Origin: Hemiscyllium ocellatum | Taxonomy: Eukaryota | Reading direction: 5' to 3' | Length of the DNA stretch: 64,000 nt | Assembly (NCBI RefSeq): GCF_020745735.1 | Contig: NC_083435.1 | Coordinates: forward strand, 26,597,231 to 26,661,230 | Part shown: piece by piece, positions 23,721-38,159 of the stretch | Layout of the letters: every line of letters starts with the position of its first letter | Numbering within the stretch: position 1 is the stretch's first letter | The notes under the pieces: generated by a model | What the model saw: only the letters and a program-made list of their open reading frames with translations | Told to the model about the DNA's origin: nothing | The model's database searches: none | Translations under genes and position numbers: made by a program

Positions 23721-25871
23721 CTACCCTCCACCTACCAGGACCCCATCCGTGGCTAACGGTTAGAAAGGAAATTTCTTTACAAAAAACCCGAGGATAGGCT
23801 TTAATCTTGAGAGGGAGATTTAGCCTATCCTACCTCACCTTCAATTCTATCTTGAAGTTTGGTTAGACCACATGTTGAGAACTGCAGACAGTTCTAGTTG
23901 CCATGTGATGTAAAAGATATTGAGGCACTGGAGAGGGTGCTGAGAAGATTTACAATGTCAATATCAGAAACGTGTGAGTGTACGCATCAGGAAAGGATTG
24001 AGAGGCTTGATGTCTTCTCTCTTGAAAAATGGAGCCCAAACAGAGATCTTTACAAGGATGAATCATTTTGAAAGGGTGGGTGCAGAGACAGTGTTTGGGG
24101 AAGAGCACAACTAAGGACCATCAACGCAAGACAGTCACCAAATATTCCACAAGGAATTCCAGAGAAATATCTGCAGTCGGAGCATGAAGAGAACATGAAG
24201 CTCGCTGCTGCAGGGAGTGAGTTTGTCAGGATGTATTTAAGGGGAGTTTCGAAAGGAATAGGGAGTGATGGTAACAGATGTAGATGAGGAAGGATGAGAT
24301 GAGCAGCTTCATGTGACTAAATACAAGTGTATGCTGATTGGATCAAATTGACTCACTGTGTGCCATGTATCCTGTATAAGGCCGATTTTTAAAAAAAAAA
24401 ATATTTTGTGTCTCTTTTTCTTTCTCTTCCTGCTTCACTTGGTTCTCTATCTATCTCTCACCTCCCTTTCTTGCTCTTTCTATCTCTATCTGTCTGTCTC
24501 TCTCCCCATTTTATTTCTCTTTCTGCCTGTCTGTCTGTCTCTCTCTCTCCCTGGCAGCCCCAAAGTCTCACTTTCAGGTTCTTGTTATTGTCGGGATTGT
24601 ATTTGGACTCCCTGGGATCATCCCTCTCGCTGTTGTGGCTGTCGTCATTCACAAGAAGAAAGGTAGGGGTTTGTAAGAAAATGGTAGCTCCTCACTGGCA
24701 GTTCAGGGAATTGGAGAGTCTGGAAGCATATGGCCAGACTGTACTGAAGTAAAAAGGAATATTGTGAGTTGTTTTGAGCCCCATATCTAAGGAAGAATGT
24801 GCGGGTGTTGGAGGGAGCCCAGAGGAGATTTACAAGAATTATCTCAGGGATGAAGAACTTGTCATATGAGCAGCTGTTGAGGGCTGTGTGTGTACTGGAC
24901 AGAGTTTAAAATATCGAGGGCAAATCTCATTGAAAATTACACATTACTGAGGGGCTGGACAGAGTGGATGTGGAGAAGATGCAGGAGACACGGGGACCCA
25001 AGGGAACAGCCTCAGTGTGACAGCATGACCTTTTAGAACTGAGGAGGAATTTCCTCAGCCAGATGGTGGTGTTGTCGTGGAACCCATTCCTGCAGAAGAC
25101 TGTGGAGGCCAGGACATCAAGTGTCTTTAAGACAGAGATAGATAGATTCTTGATTGGTAAAGGCCTCAAGGGTTACGGTGAGAAGGCAGGAGAATGAGGT
25201 TGAGAAATATATCAACCACGATCGAATGGTGGAGCACACCCGATGAGATGAATGGCCTAATTCTGCTCTTATATCTTGTAGTCTCCAGTTCATTGTTTGG
25301 GTTCAGGTGGTTTGTGAGGAAGCTCTGTGTTTGGGAGTCAGTCTCAGGGTTAGTGATGGCTCAGGCAGTGGGGAGAGGAACTCCGTTTGTGAAGGAGGGT
25401 CAGAGATATGGTGCCCTGTTCCTCACGTGAGGCTGGAGTGTCTGAGGGGTGAAATTCTCATGTTGTGAGTGTCAGGTCAGACAGTTCAGACTGGGGCTGG
25501 CTCTGAGTTCACTGTTGGGCATCAGCAGCTCAGGGCAATGTGGGTAGAAGAGGCTGAGTCTGGATGGGAGTGAGGATCTTCAGCATTTCCTCTGATTTCC
25601 TGACAGTATCTCGAACTGACTGAACGTTCCTTGTTTTACAGGGGGAATGCAGAGCGGCTACAATCCCACAAACAGTAAGCTGATAACTCGGGCATCTCCA
25701 CGTCTGTGTTAGTGTATGACAAGCTATTCTTTCTGTTTCAAACAAAAACACAAGTGCAGAGATCTGAAACAGAGAAAAAAATTGCTGGAGAAACTCAATA
25801 GGTTTGGCAGCAGCTGTGGAGAGAAAAACAGTTTACATTTTGAGTCCAGTGATGTTTTGTTCTGGGAGTTC

Positions 25872-25872
<1 letters not shown>

Positions 25873-25940
<68 letters not shown>
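25873..25940. repeat. (TG)34 microsatellite in intron 6 of gene 2
   Basis: Perfect 68-bp TG run; short and interrupted in C and D, deleted in A. Confidence 0.95.
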
Positions 25941-25941
<1 letters not shown>

Positions 25942-28900
25942 AGAGGTGTGGTGGGGGCGGGGGGCGCGGCGATCGGGGTCACTTTATCTAAAGTATTAAT
26001 TCTGCTTTCTCTCTCCACAGATGCTGTGGACCATGCTGAGATTCTCCAGCAATTTCTGTTTTGTTCTCTGCTCCAGAGTAGTCTATCTGTCTTTCATCCT
26101 CCTCTTGCTCTCGTGTTCTCACTCTCTCACTCTCACACTCTCACACTCTCACACTCTCTCACTCTCATACACTGTCTCTTTCTTTTACATTTCTGGGTCA
26201 TTTTCACTCTCACTCCTGTTCTTGCTCATGCTTTCTCTCTTGTGAATTTCTCTCTAACACGGTTTCTCTCACACTCATTTTTCTCACTGTCTTGCACGCT
26301 GTCTCACACTCTCATTTCTCATTCTCTTTCACTCTGATAATGAGCAGTTTCTCATGCCTCTCTTTCCATTAACAGCTTCTGAAGAAAGGACATCCTCAGA
26401 CAGTCCTGCCATTTCCTGAGGCATGAATATTGTTGGTCGATGTTGTGAGTAGATCATTCTAATTGGGATATAGAACAACATCAATTATCCGAACAAGCTG
26501 GGCGGGGAGTATGTGGTTTGGATAACTGATTGTTCGGATAACTGATCTGATCATAAAGAAACAAAGCATTGACAAGACTTTGAGACCTTGTTTGGATAAT
26601 CTGAAATTCGGATAATTGATGTTTAGATAACTGAGGTTATTCTATATTGGGGCTAGTTTTCGCTGTATGATCTGGAGGGTGGACACTGAGCTCAGACTCT
26701 CTCTCTCCCTGTGTGATCACTAAAGACCAGCTCATGCAGTTTGACACTAAGCTTTCAGACTGTTCTTCTGGAGTAGGCCGACCTTCTCCTGGTCTCAGCC
26801 TCAAGATATCGTCAAGAGGAGGGATTTGGACTATAGAAACATCCGGAAACCTTTCATCCTGAATGGGGCCTCCTGTCAGCTGATTGACTCCATTTAAAGG
26901 AGTCAATATTCCTAGACTTTTCGCTGTAGTTTGTTTCTGGAGTTGAGTTTTGCTCGCCCGGGATTCTGAATTACTGCAGTGTGGTGGGTGGGGTCGAGAT
27001 CTGATGGAGGCCTCCGAGCAGGTCAAGAGACCAGACCATGTGGAGATAGAAGAGAACTATTTTGACTGGCTGGGGTGTCTCGGACTTGAATGGCAGGTAG
27101 TTAAAGTCAGCTCTATTGAGGGTGAAACTAGGAAACACTTCCACACATACAGACTGGGAAATGGTTAGAACTCTCTCTTTCTCAGAAGGTAATTGATGCA
27201 AAATGAACTTCAGTGAATTAAAATCTGTAAAACTCAGAATTAAGAGACAAATGGAAGATATATAAATGGATTGAGGCAACACACCAGCAAATAGTGGAAT
27301 GGCCTCCAATTTTCCATGTCCCTGTGGGTTTTGCTGGTCTTTAACGAGTGAGTCTGAGGGGTTTTACTGATGTTTGGGGTATGGGTCTTTTGTGTTTCAC
27401 TGCTGGTGTTTATGGGAGATGCTATAAAATGTGCTGGGTTTTCTGTGCTTTGTAACAGAGTTTTTTTTTCTCTTCCCCAGGTTCCTCTAATGTCCTTGCT
27501 GGAAACCAGGTTTCCATTGCTGGAATTGATCTTCTAATTTGTTCATCCTCAATTTCAGGAGTGATTTCAATTGTCAGTCTGGCTTAGTGAAATGTCTACA
27601 TTTTGTTAATAAGAGATTATTGAAATCTATTGGCAGATGTTGAAATGGGAATTCAGTCAAATTTAAAATGAAGAGACAGCTTAATGGTGATAATGTCATC
27701 TTTGTTGTTTGTTGTTAAAAGCCATCTGGTTCACTAATGCCCTGCCAGGATAGAAATTATTACAGTCTGGTCTACATGTCACTATGCAACGAGTTAACTC
27801 TTAACTGCCCTCTGGACAACAAGCGCTGGCATTGCCGGTGATGGCCAAATCTCAGGAAACAACTTTTAATGTTTGACAGTGTGGTTATTTTTCCTGAGCA
27901 GAAACTTCATCTCCACAGCACAACACCCATTGGTCATGCCCCATGCACAATACTGCCAGTCCGTTCGCCACATAAACATGATCTTCATCAGCCATTCATC
28001 AGTGGGATCACCCCAGACCTCATTTTGAATTTTCCTACACCTTAAATACTGAGTGAAACCTTTTTCTATGTGCTTGTTACACAGCAATATCACTGGATAC
28101 TGATGGAAGACAACATTACCTTACTATAATGTCATGAATACATGTCATGCATCCACCTCTTGCCCAGGCCATGCTGCAGTCTCACACTTTCTGACTTGAA
28201 TTGTTTCCATGTTCACACTCCTATCAATTTATAACCTTCCTCGTGCAAAGCCTCAATAGAGCTGCGTACTCATGGCCTGCATTCCAGCTTCCTGTCTTGG
28301 GTTCGAGGCTGCACTATTTTCTGTCCCACTCTCTCCAACTCTAAGATTTTGCTGAGGTGTTTATTGAGTCATCGAGTCATACAGAACAGAAACAACCCAA
28401 ACAATCTATGTTCCCAAACTAAACTAATCCCACCTGGCTATGCCAGGTCCATATCACAACAAACGTTTATTATTTGTGTACTCATCCAAATATAAATGGT
28501 GTAACTGTACCATGTCCACCACTTCCTCTGGACATTCATTCCAAACACAAACCATTCTCAGTGTAAAAATGTTGCCTCTCATGTAGGTTTAAAGTCTTTC
28601 TCCTCTCACCTTAAAAATATGGTCCCTGGTCTTGAAATTCATCCCCCCTCTACACGCGGACACATACACACACTCAGCAGACCCTCTCTCATACACATGC
28701 TGTCCCTCATACACACATAATCCCCCCATACTCACATCCACACATGTGCCCTCCCACAGGATTATACTCTGTCACACTCACACACACACTGCCAAGCACA
28801 CGCACATGTAAACACAAACTCACGTGCACTCACTCACATACATGTGTATGCGCGTACACACACACACGACTATCAGGTGAATTGCATTTGCAGAATTGTT

Positions 28901-31039
28901 TTTGCAGACATATTGTTGAGTTTTGGAGCAAAATATAATCTGCAGGCCGTCGATCCATATCACCTTAAGTTATCTTGAGAATGTGACTTCAAAGAAATTC
29001 TGGCATTTTCATATTAATGAACCAAAACCTATAACCCATGCTGAAAGATGAAAGACTTAACAGCAATCTTGGTTTGTTCAATATATTGTTTCAGTTGTAT
29101 GATGCTGTGATCTTTTGCTATAAATTCTGTATCTTGTCTCACAGCTCCCTGATGAAAGAGCAGCGCTCCGAAAGGTAGTGCTTCCAAATAAATGTGCTGG
29201 TCCATAACCTGGTGTTGTATGATTTTTAACTTTGTCCACCCCAGCCCAATGCCAACACCTCCACATCATCTGCAATAAGAAAGAGTCTAACCATCAGCCT
29301 TTGACCATCAATAGCTTTACCATCACTGAATCCCACTGTCAACCTCTGAGGGGTTACTATTAATCTGAACCTGAACTGGACTGAACATATAATACAGTGG
29401 CTACAAGAGCAAGTTAGAGGCAAAGAATACTGCAACATGCAACTCACCTCTGACTCACCAAAGCCTGTTCACCATCAAGAATGCACAATTCAGGAGTGTG
29501 ATGTAATACTCCTGACTTACCTACATGTGTGCAATTCCAGCAACACTGATCAAGTTTGACACCATCCAAGACAATGCATTGGCACCAGATTCATAACTAA
29601 TTAGCTCCTCCACAAGTGACACTCAGGAGCAGCAGTCCATACTGTTTACAAGATGCACTGTGAACCTTCAACACAACACTTAGACAATGCCCTCCACATC
29701 AATGTCCATGACCTCCCAGAAGGATAAGGGCAGCAGATACTGGGAAAACCACTATCTACATGATATCCTCCAAACTACTCACCATCCTAGCTTGGAAATA
29801 TATGTCTATTCATCAGTGTCACTGGGTCACAACCCTGGAATTCTCCATGAGTGTGGTCAGAGCCCACATTGGTCAGAGCCCTTGAAGATTCTGGCCACAG
29901 AAACTGACAGACAAATGCCTTACTCATATCAATCCAATGAGATGTATGATGGTGGCCCTGAGGCCGTACTGGGACATTACCAGAGGTTACTGTTCATGGA
30001 CCAAACCTACAAAATCAATGAGTGTGATCTCCCTCTCCATCAGCTGATAGCGATGTGACAATTCCACCAGCTCCGCACACCATTGTGCAGAAGTTGCTGT
30101 TTGAGAGAGTGGATGGAATTGTGCAGAAAATCCCACACACTTCTGTTTCCAGGTGAAGACCAACCATCCAACGTTCATGGTAACACCAACTGTTACACTA
30201 ACAGAATATTCAGCAAAAATGCCAGCCTGGCAATGAAAGACACCATCTCTGCACAGGTCTCCCATCAGAACACCCTGGACAGAGAACACTCCTGCCTGAC
30301 ATTTCTATAGGGCTTTCCTTTCCAGCGGAAGCACTGCCAAAGCTGCAGATACTGTGTGCACAGTTCATGAGCCACCTGGTGGGCTTAGTGAACAAAGGCC
30401 ACAGGTGGATACAGTAAGGGAGTGTGGAGCAGCAACCACTGTAACTTTGTAAACAGTAACAATAACTAACTCCCCTCTGCCTCACTCACATTCCATGATT
30501 TCCACAGAAAGGTGTGGGATATCATTCAGGAATGTCCAGCAGGAATACAGGCAGTACCATCATTGAGACTGACCGCTGCTTTCCATCTCTATACAATGAT
30601 GATGGGTTATCCTTTCAGTGTATATGGGGTAAGATTTGAAGTAATGTTTGCAGCATTTGAAGCTGGATGTGAAAGCTAAACATTGGCAAAGTACTTACAT
30701 CTTAGAGTGAGAGTCGTTGCCATAAAATGTGAACACCTGAACAAGTGAGGGAAATCAGAGAAACAGAGGAAGAAGGACATTCAACCTTTTAACTCGGCTC
30801 CACCATTCAAAATGATCACGGCTGATTGTCCAACTCAGGACCCTATTTCCATTTTTGCCCTATCCACTTGTATTCATTTCATCCTAAGAGCTGTACGTAA
30901 CAATTCAGTGTGACAAAGGCTCACCACTCTCTGGATGAAGACATCTCTCCTCATCTCAGTTCAAAATGGCCTCCCTCACATCCTTCGACTGTGATCCATG
31001 GTCTGGACTCCTTGGTCATTGGGATGTACCCTGCATTTA

Positions 31040-31700
31040 CCCTATCTTGTCCTGGGTTTCTATGAGCTCTCACTCTTCAAACTTCTAACCCCTACTGCAT
31101 AGCGTCCTAACCCATCCATTCTCTCTCATACATCAGTCCTGATATCCCTGGAATTGATCTGGTAAAGGTTTGTTGCTCTCCCTCCATCGGCAGAATATCC
31201 TTCTTCTGATAACGTGACCAAAACTGGGTACAATATTCGCAGTGTGGTATCACCAAATGTCTATACAATTGCAGCAAGACATCGTTGCTCCTGCACTCAA
31301 ACATTCTCAGTATGAAGCTCAACACGTTTGTTTTCTTTATCTCCTGCCACATTTGCATGTTTACCTTCAGTGATGGCTGTAGAGCGTTTGTTGCACCTTC
31401 CTTTTTCCCAATTTATTGACATTCAAATAAGGATCTGCCTTCCTGTTTTCACTATTAAAGTACATAAGCTGAATTTTAACCATATTATCTTGCATCTGCC
31501 ATGCATTTGCCCACTCATTCAACTTGTCCAAAATACACTGATACATCTCTGCATCCTGCTCACAGCTCAGCCTCCCTCCCAGCTTTGTGTCATCTGCAAA
31601 TTTGGAGGTATTACATGAAGTTTGTTCATCTAAATCATTAATGTAGTGAATCGCTGGTCTCCAAGCACAGATCACTGTGAAACCCCACACATCATTGACT
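31040..31700 (-). mobile_element. CR1 LINE remnant (paralog of 1740-2400)
   Basis: SKFADDTKLGG ORF at 31367-31771. Confidence 0.8.
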
Positions 31701-32851
31701 ACCACAAGGAAAATGAATATATATTCTTGCTTTCCAATTACCAATGGGTTCTTGAAACAAACCCACATCAAGACACACAGAACTTATTTAAAAATTAGTT
31801 TATAGCACTGACAATTTTACATTGTCAGAAGTAAGCCAGAGGGAAACACCAATAATCATTAGAAATGAGAATATAGTTCTTCATAAAGGTTTATGTTAAA
31901 GTATATGGGTCAGACCAATTAGCATCATTCACAACCTTTCCTCATTCTTCATTCTTGAAAAGTGACAAAGGACAATTTAGGAACCCAACTCAGCAATGTC
32001 TGAAGGAGGAAAACAGGAACTTAGCCATTGCTGTACAGTATGTGCTGCAGTGAAATATGTGAAACCACAGTAAAGGTGGACAAACGTATTCAAGCTGTAA
32101 GTTCACTCAGTGAAGCCAATTAAAGAGAATAGGAGTCTTTATTAAAATCAGCATGAATTATTCAGAATGCCATGAATAAGCTTTGAAAAACTATGAAGAG
32201 GACAGGATTAGTTTTAAAACCACAGACAGCTGGTTCCATTCAGTAGAGTCAGTATAGAGGACACAAATTGTTTATGAGGCCACACTCAGCCAGATTCCTG
32301 CATTTCTCACAACAAAGTTGGGAATGCTCCATATTGGCTGCAAAAACCCAGAAAAATCCTTCAATTACCAATACAGAAGACACATTGCTGAATTGTAATA
32401 CACTCCTGACTTGCACGGAAAATATTTCGCTCTTAAAGTTTTCATTTGAGGTAATGGATTATGCTTCACCCAATCCTGGTGTAATGAGGTCTTAGTTGAG
32501 ATGATCTTGTGTCAGCACACTCGACAAAGCCGACTAAAACACAATTGAAACGGAGAAATGAGGGAGTAAACCCAGATTCTGGTGACCAAGAGTTCACCGA
32601 CCTCTCCAAACACCACCAGCAGTAACAAGGTTCCATCATAAAACACCTTGTTTGATGGTGAACAGGCCTTGCGGAGCCAGGAGTTGAACTACTTACTGCT
32701 GCATCCCCACTCTCTCATCAACTGTTAGAATCACAGTGTTAATACTGCTGGTCGCATTCAGGTTCTGGTCAGTGGAATACAATTAATATTGATGGTGGGA
32801 GATTCAATGATGGTAAAGCCTTTGAATGTCAAAGTATTGAGGTGAATGAAA

Positions 32852-33168
32852 GATTAGATTAGATTACTTACAGTGTGGAAACAGGCCCTTCGGCCCAACA
32901 AGTCCACATCGACCCGCCGAAGCGCAACCCACTCATACCTCTACATTTACCCCTTACCTAACACTACAGGCAATTTAGCATGGCCAATTCACCTGACCCG
33001 CACATCTTTGGACTGTGGGAGGAAACCGGAGCACCCGGAGGAAATTCATGCAGACACGGGGAGAACGTGCAAACTCCACTCAGTCAGTCACCTGAGTCAG
33101 GAATTGAACCCGGATCTCAGGCGCTGTGAGGCAGCAGTGCTAACCACTGTGACACCGTGCCGCCCACT
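32852..33168 (-). mobile_element. tRNA-derived SINE (HE1-like), same insertion site as 3412-3728
   Basis: Same SINE sequence and same flanks (GAATGAAAG / ATGTTGAGATTC). Confidence 0.85.
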
Positions 33169-34211
33169 ATGTTGAGATTCGGTCTTGTTGAAGATGGTCA
33201 TTGCCTGGTACTTGTTTGGCATCAATGTGACTTCCCACCTGCTAGCCCAACTTTGTATCATGCTATGTAAATACATGGACTGATTCAGTGTCTGAGGTCT
33301 CACACTGAAAAATATCGAACCATCAGTGAACTTCTGACCTAAGGATGTAGTGAAGGTTATGGATGAAGGAGTTGAAAATCTTTGGACCTAACACCGTTTT
33401 GTGAGGAACACATGCAGTGCTGTCCTGTGTCCAAGATTGCTGTACCTGAACAGTTTCACTGGGGGGACATAACGCCAAGGAATTTGTTAGGACCCACAGT
33501 CTTTGCTATATCCCTAGGCGTTAACTGTACACCAGGTCTGGCAGGATTTGGAGGTAGATTCAGGAAGCCCATTTCCACACGGAATACTTTGTTTTATTCA
33601 CCGAATGTGGACATCATTGACTAGGCAGCAATTTATTGCCCAGTCCTATTTCTCCAGAAGATAATTGCTGTGGGATCTGGAGTCACTTGTAGGCCCAGAC
33701 CAGATAAAGACAGGAGATTTTCTTGCACAAAAGGACATGAATGAACTCGACGGTTTTACAGCTATCCCCGTTGGGTACATGTCCACCATGAGACTAGGTT
33801 GCAGTTCCAAGTTGTTTCTTTATTGAATTCAAACCTCACTGTCTGCCATGAGGGGATGTGAACCCATGTCCCCAGATTATTAGCTGAGGGGATTCCCAGC
33901 CCAGTGACATCACCGCAATCTCACCATCTTCCCTCACATCAAGGATCCATCTAAACATTTCTTCTCTAAAGGTCTGTGAATGTTGGGATAATTTCAAAAG
34001 TATCATCAGAGATGATTGCATTTTTGGAGACTGAGGTTTGTCTGATATTTTGGCGATTGAAGGAGGTGAAACTGGAGTTAAAAATCAACAATGATCTCAT
34101 TGGGTGGTGTAGCAGCATCGAGGGGCTGAATGGTCTCTGTCCCAAAAATGAATTGCAGCTCAGATCATTCTCCCAGCAACTGGAGATGACAGTGGAAGTG
34201 TTTCGGTGATT

Positions 34212-34327
34212 GGGAAGTCCCGATCCTGGGCGGAGTTATGCAACCTGTTTGTTGTCTATTCTGCCGGAGACTGGTGACTCACTGAGTCGTTTTATTGTGA
34301 TTGGATCGATGATAGTTTGGGATCAAT
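34212..34327 (+). promoter_or_regulatory. Gene 3 proximal promoter (kB, SXY; CCAAT mutated)
   Basis: GGGAAGTCCC 34212-34221; S 34241-34246; X1 34263-34274; X2 34275-34281; Y 34300-34304; CCAAT>TCAAT at 34323. Confidence 0.72.
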
Positions 34328-35051
34328 CAGTGTGAAGGTGTCTCGGTGAAGAGAAGCAGTAACAGGAACTGAAGCAAAGTGCTGAAAAATATGTCTGGAG
34401 AGATAGTGAAGACTCTTCTTCAGAACAGTTTAATATCACTCTCGAATACACTCACAGACTGAGACAGTCCACTGGAAAATAATTTATCCACCCAGACTGT
34501 CAACTGAAGTCACGATGATTGGACTGATCGTGCTGGGGCTTCTATGGGGAGAGCTCTCTGCAGGTTAGTAATGGGGGTAAGAGTGAGGAGTAGAGCCAGG
34601 CTGGGAACTGGGGCATTAACCTCTGTTCATGTTCCCGTCAGAATGATTTATAGGGTAATATTTATCTAATTTCACGTTTTAAACGTCAGTGAATCCATTG
34701 TTTTAAATGATTTAGGTTCATACGAGATTTAACCATAAGGCCAAAAGATCTGTATTTGCGAAATTCAAAAGATCTGTTTAACATTACAGGGTGAAAAGTA
34801 AAAATATAAAATTGGTAGACTTTTTTTCAAGTAAAAGGAAAAGAGAAAAAAGTTAACAACATCACGTGATGAAGCTGAAGTGAATTGTATAATTCTCTCC
34901 AGTGCTGGAGAAAAGGTGAACAAAATGATTCATGATTCAGGAATTCATGCCCTGATTTTTCTGTGTTTCAGAAACTCTCACTTTCCGGTATTTTGTCACT
35001 GGTATGACTCCGATTCCCAATTTCCCAGAGTTTGTGATTGTTGGTTATGTG

Positions 35052-35701
35052 TGTGAGAGTTGGAGTAATGATTCAAGATGTGCATAAGTATAAGGGGCAA
35101 GAAGGTGACCAAAAGAAAATGGCCGACATATGAAATTGACTAACTTAGCTATAGCAGCAGCACTAACACATAGTAGATGGCTGAAGTAGTAAACAAGTTG
35201 CAGCTGTTTCGAAGCAAGACCACAAGGTCAGCAGAAGTCAGAAAACAAGCAGCTAGATAGATAGCAGAATAATGAAACCCCTTGACAGATAACAAACCAG
35301 ACAATGGGCGACCTTACACATAGCAAAAACAAGTCCAGACAGCAAAACCACAAGGCCGAAAACGAACCTCGTGACTGATAACGAGGGACAAACGTTGAGA
35401 AACAACTTGAGGTGGACAATGGGTGGTTGTCAGCTGCCTGGGAAGATTGTAAACACTTGAGGGGGAAATGTGTCCAGCTGCACTTGCAAGATTGGGGTAA
35501 ACAAGTAATGGAAAAGTACCGGTTGCTCGAGATTGAGAATCACCTGACTCAACAGGGGGTGGAGTTTAAGGGTATATCAGGGGATGCTTTGTAACGATCA
35601 GGGTCCCTTTCTTTGAGGGGTACCCAACTCTGCAGACTTGCTAATTGCTAATAAACTTTGTTTTCCTGAATTTGTCTTGAGCTGACTTTTTACGTCTCAC
35701 A
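35052..35701 (+). mobile_element. Solo LTR (650 bp) inside the alpha1 exon of gene 3
   Basis: TGTGAGA...TCTCACA termini; 5-bp TSD ATGTG (35047-35051, 35702-35706); AATAAA at 35650-35655; no internal coding region. Confidence 0.9.
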
Positions 35702-38159
35702 ATGTGGACGGGGTCCAGTTTGCTATGTATGACAGCAATCGCAAGGATATAATCCCCCGGGAACAGTGGATGGTGGACAGCGAAGGAACCAAGGCCTGGA
35801 AGCGGAAACGGTTTCTTGCTCAGGAGTGAGAAGACATTGCCAAACGCGATATTCTGACATTTATGTCGCGGACCAACCAGACAGGGGGTGAGTGCTCACT
35901 GTCCCACAGCATGGCATCTTCCTGTGCATTTGAGGAGTCTGGGTGGGAATGGGAGAAATTAGGAGTGAATCTGAGTTCCAGAGACTGACCGACTGGCTGT
36001 GGGAATGGTTGGAGGGGACACCAACTGTCTCTGATCAGCAACTTGTGTTTCTGATTGACAGGGAGCCACATTTACCAGATGATGACTGGCTGTGACCTGA
36101 GGGATGATGGGACTGTGAGTGGGTTCAACCTCAGAGGATGGGACGGGCAAGATTTGATCAGCTTCGATAAGGACCACAGGGTGTGGGTGACCCCAATCCG
36201 CTGGGCAGAAAGCATCAAAAACAGATGGGACCAGAATCTGGTGATGAAGCAGAGGTGGAGTGCATCGAGTGGCTGAGAAAATACCTGGAGTACGGACAGA
36301 GGGAACTGAGAGTCGGTGAGTGAGTGAGAGTTGTTGTGGTGGATGGTGTCTGGACCTTTCTTTCTTTATGTTCCTGCACTGACCCCTCTTCCTCTCTCCC
36401 TCAGTTGCCCCCATTGTGTCCTTTATCCGTCTGGGTGATTCTAACCGGCTGTCCTGTCTCGTCACTGGGTTTTACCCACGAGCCATCGAGGTGACTCTGT
36501 GGAGGGACGGAGTGTTGATCGATGAGTCCCTGTCCACAGGGATCTTACCTAATCATGACAGGACCTACCAGATCCGGAAATGGATAGAGTTTGATCCGGA
36601 GGATCAGGCCGAGTATTCCTGTCAGGTGGAGCGCAGTGGATTGGAGGAGAAACTGGTGGTGATTTATGGTAAGGCTGATTCTCTTCGTTAGAGAGGAATC
36701 GGACTCCGACCAGGATTACAAGACAGAGGACATAGAGAGGGACATTCATATGAACTGTCAGTGTGTCACAGTGCTCACATCAGTTGTAGAGGACAGTAAT
36801 TAAGATAGTGAATCAGGGACAGTTTGCCAGTGTCTCCTCATGTGTAATGCTGCCCAGCATCTTAATATCCAGGATCATTAAGGATTAAAGTATTAGTATA
36901 TCATCTGATATGCGTGTGACAGAACCAGCTATGTCCATTCAGTTCACCATATTTCCTGAGCACTCTTCAAGTCCATGGACACTTTAATCTCAAACGACAA
37001 GGGCAGTGGATTCTTGGGAACACCAGCTCCTGCAAGTTCCCCTCCAAGCTACTCAGCACCCTGACTTGGAAATACATTGTGGGTCCATCTACAGCACATA
37101 AGCTGCATTGGTCTAAGAAGGTAGCTCACCACCGCCTTCTGTCGAGCAATTCGGGAATGACTGTAAAGACTGGCCCAGGCATTGACACCCATATCCCTGT
37201 GAATTAAAAAAGAGAAACAGATCCTGAGATGTTTTATTATGAGACAGTCCAATGAATCCAGGGATAATAATGTCCAATAGGATCCATGTATCCTGATATT
37301 TAAGCATGGCAGCATCCAGTGTATCCTGGAATTGTAGCCCAGTCTATTTATCATTGTTTCTTGATGATCTTTGTCCAACTCAGTGTAACAATGAATAGTC
37401 AGCATGAATTTTGAGGGAGAATATTGTGTTTGACCAACTCCATTGAATATTTTTCATGAAGTAACAGAGGGTACACAGTGGTAATGTTGCACATGTACTG
37501 CTGCAAAGTTTTCAAAAGGCCTTTGATCAGATACTCCCATAATAGAAATGTTTAGAGAATGTGGGGTCAGTGGGAACGTGATAAAATGGATTGTTAGCTG
37601 CTTTGCAGCCAGGAAACAGAAATTGGGGGAAAAGGGTTAGTTAGTCAGAGTGTCAGAATGTGGGAAGTGGTGTTCTGCAAGGAAACACTTCCCTTCACAT
37701 TTACAATATTGATTTGGACTTTGAAATTATGGAATCACAGAATTATTCTAAAGAAGGGTCTTCAGCCCATCATGCCCTGACTGTCTGTCTGAGCATTACC
37801 ACTCAGTGCTATTCTCCTGCCTTCTCCCCATCACCCTGAATATGGTTTTATTTAAATGTAATTTTAGAATTTAAATTATTATATACAGCAGCACTAAGCA
37901 GTCTAGAGACCAAGACAGGAATCCCAGGTAGTCCCAGGGAGGAGAGAAACATTTCAATATATTCTAACAAAGAGCAGAGATGAGCTTTGGACACTCCTGT
38001 GTGATAGGAGACAGGAGATGCAAAATCCCAATGTGAGGTGTCTTATGCACCGGACAGCCTGGTTGTGTCTACGACATCACATTAGTCATTGATTCTGGTG
38101 ATCAAAAACAATTGTCTCCAAAGAAAAACATTCTCGCTTGTCCAACTACTCCTCATAAT

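Larger units (their letters stand above)
19714..26419 (+). pseudogene. MHC class I gene 2, probable pseudogene (1-bp deletion at end of alpha1)
   Basis: Exons 19714-19762, 20165-20424 (260 nt versus 261), 20587-20859, 20949-21212, 24558-24662, 25642-25674 and 26376-26419. CGGACC is CGGCC at ~20409, so the spliced frame reads SRPTRQGGSTFTR* early in alpha2. The TM has two Pro substitutions. Confidence 0.8.
16007..29302 (+). repeat. Tandem segmental unit B (contains frameshifted gene 2)
   Basis: Colinear with A. Has two ~1.3 kb deletions, a 1.35 kb Penelope insert and a 101 bp Penelope insert. Confidence 0.95.

Noticed and set aside
25804-26337. Long hydrophobic ORFs in CT-, TG- and CA-rich tracts (also 39327-39824, 54156-54512, 15323-15640, 10830-11171)
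   Set aside because: Low-complexity DNA lacks stop codons and the frames are not conserved between units.
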